Origin: an uncultured Gammaproteobacteria bacterium
Lineage (GTDB): Bacteria > Patescibacteriota > Patescibacteriia > UBA9934
Length of the DNA stretch: 61,139 bases
Reading direction: 5' to 3'
Assembly: GCA_964599455.1 (NCBI GenBank)
Contig: CAZREA010000001.1
Coordinates: 419,829-480,967, forward strand
Every line of letters starts with the position of its first letter. Within the stretch, counting starts at the first letter, position 1. The notes under the pieces are model-generated. The model searched no databases and had not been told where the DNA came from. It saw nothing but the letters and a program-made list of their open reading frames with translations. The translations under genes were made by a program, and so were the position numbers. Below, piece after piece: positions 59,967-61,139 of the stretch.

Positions 59967-60791
59967 ATCGATACGAAAACCTTGATAGTCGTCTTTGGGC
60001 AGTGGGTTGTATCGCGAATGTACTTCAAAAGTCTCCCCGCCCTCCTTCATGATTAACACTTCAAGAATTCCGGTTTCGCTATTTGTCTGCAGCATTACTT
60101 CTTTTGTTCCTTTGGGAATCAGTACTGGCTGTTCGGGATTGGTAAAAAATCTATACAACGCGTCTCCCTCAAGTTTCGTTTGTGTGCCGTCAGGAAACGA
60201 TCCGCCCCATCCTGCAATAAGCTTTTTCACACCTTTTTGCATCTTCACCGGAAAAGAAAGATTGGGAATTTCAATCCAGCTTTCATCAGGATGTACATAT
60301 CGTTGTTCAGATAATCTCTCATCGTTTTGCTGTGAAGCAGGAGCCCGATGGATACGCGCACCTTGATCAAGAGCGCTGTACGATGAGTGCAATCGAAATG
60401 CTCTTAATCCCGAAGAGGAGATTATGACGTCAACCGTATGTTCTTCAGATTTTTTCAAAATCTGCACCTGTGTGATTCCTAAAGGAATTTCCACGGGTTG
60501 ATCGGGTCGCATGAAAAAGATGTAAGGTGCAGTACCTGCAAGTTGCTCAGCAGAAGGAGGAGGGAAAGACGCTCCCCATTCTTTCATCAGCACCTTTACA
60601 TACTCTTGTACCTCAAGTGCAAATGGTAATACTTTAGGAATCTCCACACGCTCTCCTTTACTGCCAGCCAAAGCCCAAGCCTCAGCATCGGCATCAGTAA
60701 CAAGATAAGATTGGGTACCGGCTCTACTTTCAGATGAAAGAGCGCCCAAAGCAAGCGCTGCTCCCAAAAGTGCCTCTCGCATCTTTCTCAC
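59964..60791 (-). CDS. Secreted hypothetical protein made of two tandem homologous domains
   Basis: Signal peptide MRKMREALLGAALALGALSSESRA. Residues about 50-145 and 175-270 align (EIPKVLPFALEVQEYVKVLMKEWGASFP.. versus EIPNLSFPVKMQKGVKKLIAGWGGSFP..). Confidence 0.65.
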   Translation of the reverse strand: MRKMREALLGAALALGALSSESRAGTQSYLVTDADAEAWALAGSKGERVEIPKVLPFALEVQEYVKVLMKEWGASFPPPSAEQLAGTAPYIFFMRPDQPVEIPLGITQVQILKKSEEHTVDVIISSSGLRAFRLHSSYSALDQGARIHRAPASQQNDERLSEQRYVHPDESWIEIPNLSFPVKMQKGVKKLIAGWGGSFPDGTQTKLEGDALYRFFTNPEQPVLIPKGTKEVMLQTNSETGILEVLIMKEGGETFEVHSRYNPLPKDDYQGFRID

Positions 60792-60797
60792 ACTTTT

Positions 60798-61001
60798 TTA
60801 CGTAAAGGTTACAAATCGAGCCACCACATGACCCATCACCAGCAAAAGACCGATAAACATCACCACGCATGCCGCACGAAAAACTGCGCGAGCATCTTTA
60901 TCGTCGTTAATAAAACCCATGAAAATGTAGGTGGCAAAACCAGCGATGAGTAACGCCGGCAAACCCATCATGACAATACCGATAAGAAGGAGGGTGGACA
61001 T
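60798..61001 (-). CDS. Small two-TM membrane protein (67 aa)
   Basis: Start moved to ATG 61001 because the longer ORF overlaps tRNA-Lys and its terminator. Confidence 0.45.
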   Translation of the reverse strand: MSTLLLIGIVMMGLPALLIAGFATYIFMGFINDDKDARAVFRAACVVMFIGLLLVMGHVVARFVTFT

Positions 61002-61063
61002 AGATACAGACAGTATAGCAAAAAATCCGCACGTTTCATGGTATTCATGAAGTGCGGATTTTA

Positions 61064-61139
61064 TGGTGGACCGGGCGGGACTCGAACCCGCGACCAATTG
61101 ATTAAGAGTCAACTGCTCTACCGACTGAGCTACCGATCC
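61064..61139 (-). tRNA. tRNA-Lys (anticodon CTT), CCA encoded; 5' end coincides with the window edge
   Basis: Reverse complement reads GGATCGGTAGCTCAGTCGGTAGAGCAGTTGACTCTTAATCAATTGGTCGCGGGTTCGAGTCCCGCCCGGTCCACCA. Followed by terminator hairpin aaatccgcac..gtgcggattt (61022-61062). Confidence 0.9.

Noticed and set aside
61002-61112. The N-terminal part of ORF 60798..61112.
   Set aside because: It overlaps tRNA-Lys and its terminator hairpin.

Overview
This 61-kb window comes from a compact, moderately AT-rich bacterial chromosome, and most genes lie on the minus strand. The core is a str/S10/spc ribosomal superoperon: rpsL-rpsG-fusA, two extra ORFs, tuf, rpsJ, rplC through rplO, then secY-adk-map. 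L30 is absent between rpsE and rplO, and infA through rplQ do not follow map. This pattern, the type-Z S14 and many tightly packed small genes fit a Patescibacteria/CPR-like genome, but that assignment is inference only. Other housekeeping genes are parAB, scpAB, aspS, asnS (behind a T-box leader), recO, ruvX, murA, ndk, comEC, leuS, rarA, gdhA, trxAB, infB, truB, rny and hup, plus four tRNAs. No multi-gene defence or CRISPR system is visible. The unusual content falls into six groups:
- **tmRNA-like gene.** A 168-nt RNA has a tmRNA-type tRNA-like domain, one pseudoknot and a short tag frame, but lacks PK2-PK4.
- **Domain-inserted LeuRS.** The 1060-aa LeuRS carries embedded ASCH (YqfB-like) and Nudix domains.
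- **aspS 3' end.** A Nudix cassette is bracketed by two copies of the aspS 3' end that differ almost only at synonymous sites. A second direct-repeat-bounded cassette sits next to it.
- **Palindromic repeats.** Several families of short GC-rich palindromic or MITE-like repeats occur. Some are inserted in frame in comEC, rsmB/F, a glycosyltransferase and truB. Others supply the stop codons of rsmB/F and hup.
- **GC-rich islands.** Islands at about 32.4-32.9 kb, 46.5-47.1 kb and 55.5-57.0 kb carry terminator-bounded small ORFs with strong SD sites and high GC3, a barrel-like secreted protein, and a structured noncoding unit.
- **Operon spacers.** There is a 346-nt structured spacer between rpsJ and rplC, and an odd repeat hairpin before fusA.

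All calls come from reading the sequence. No database search was run.
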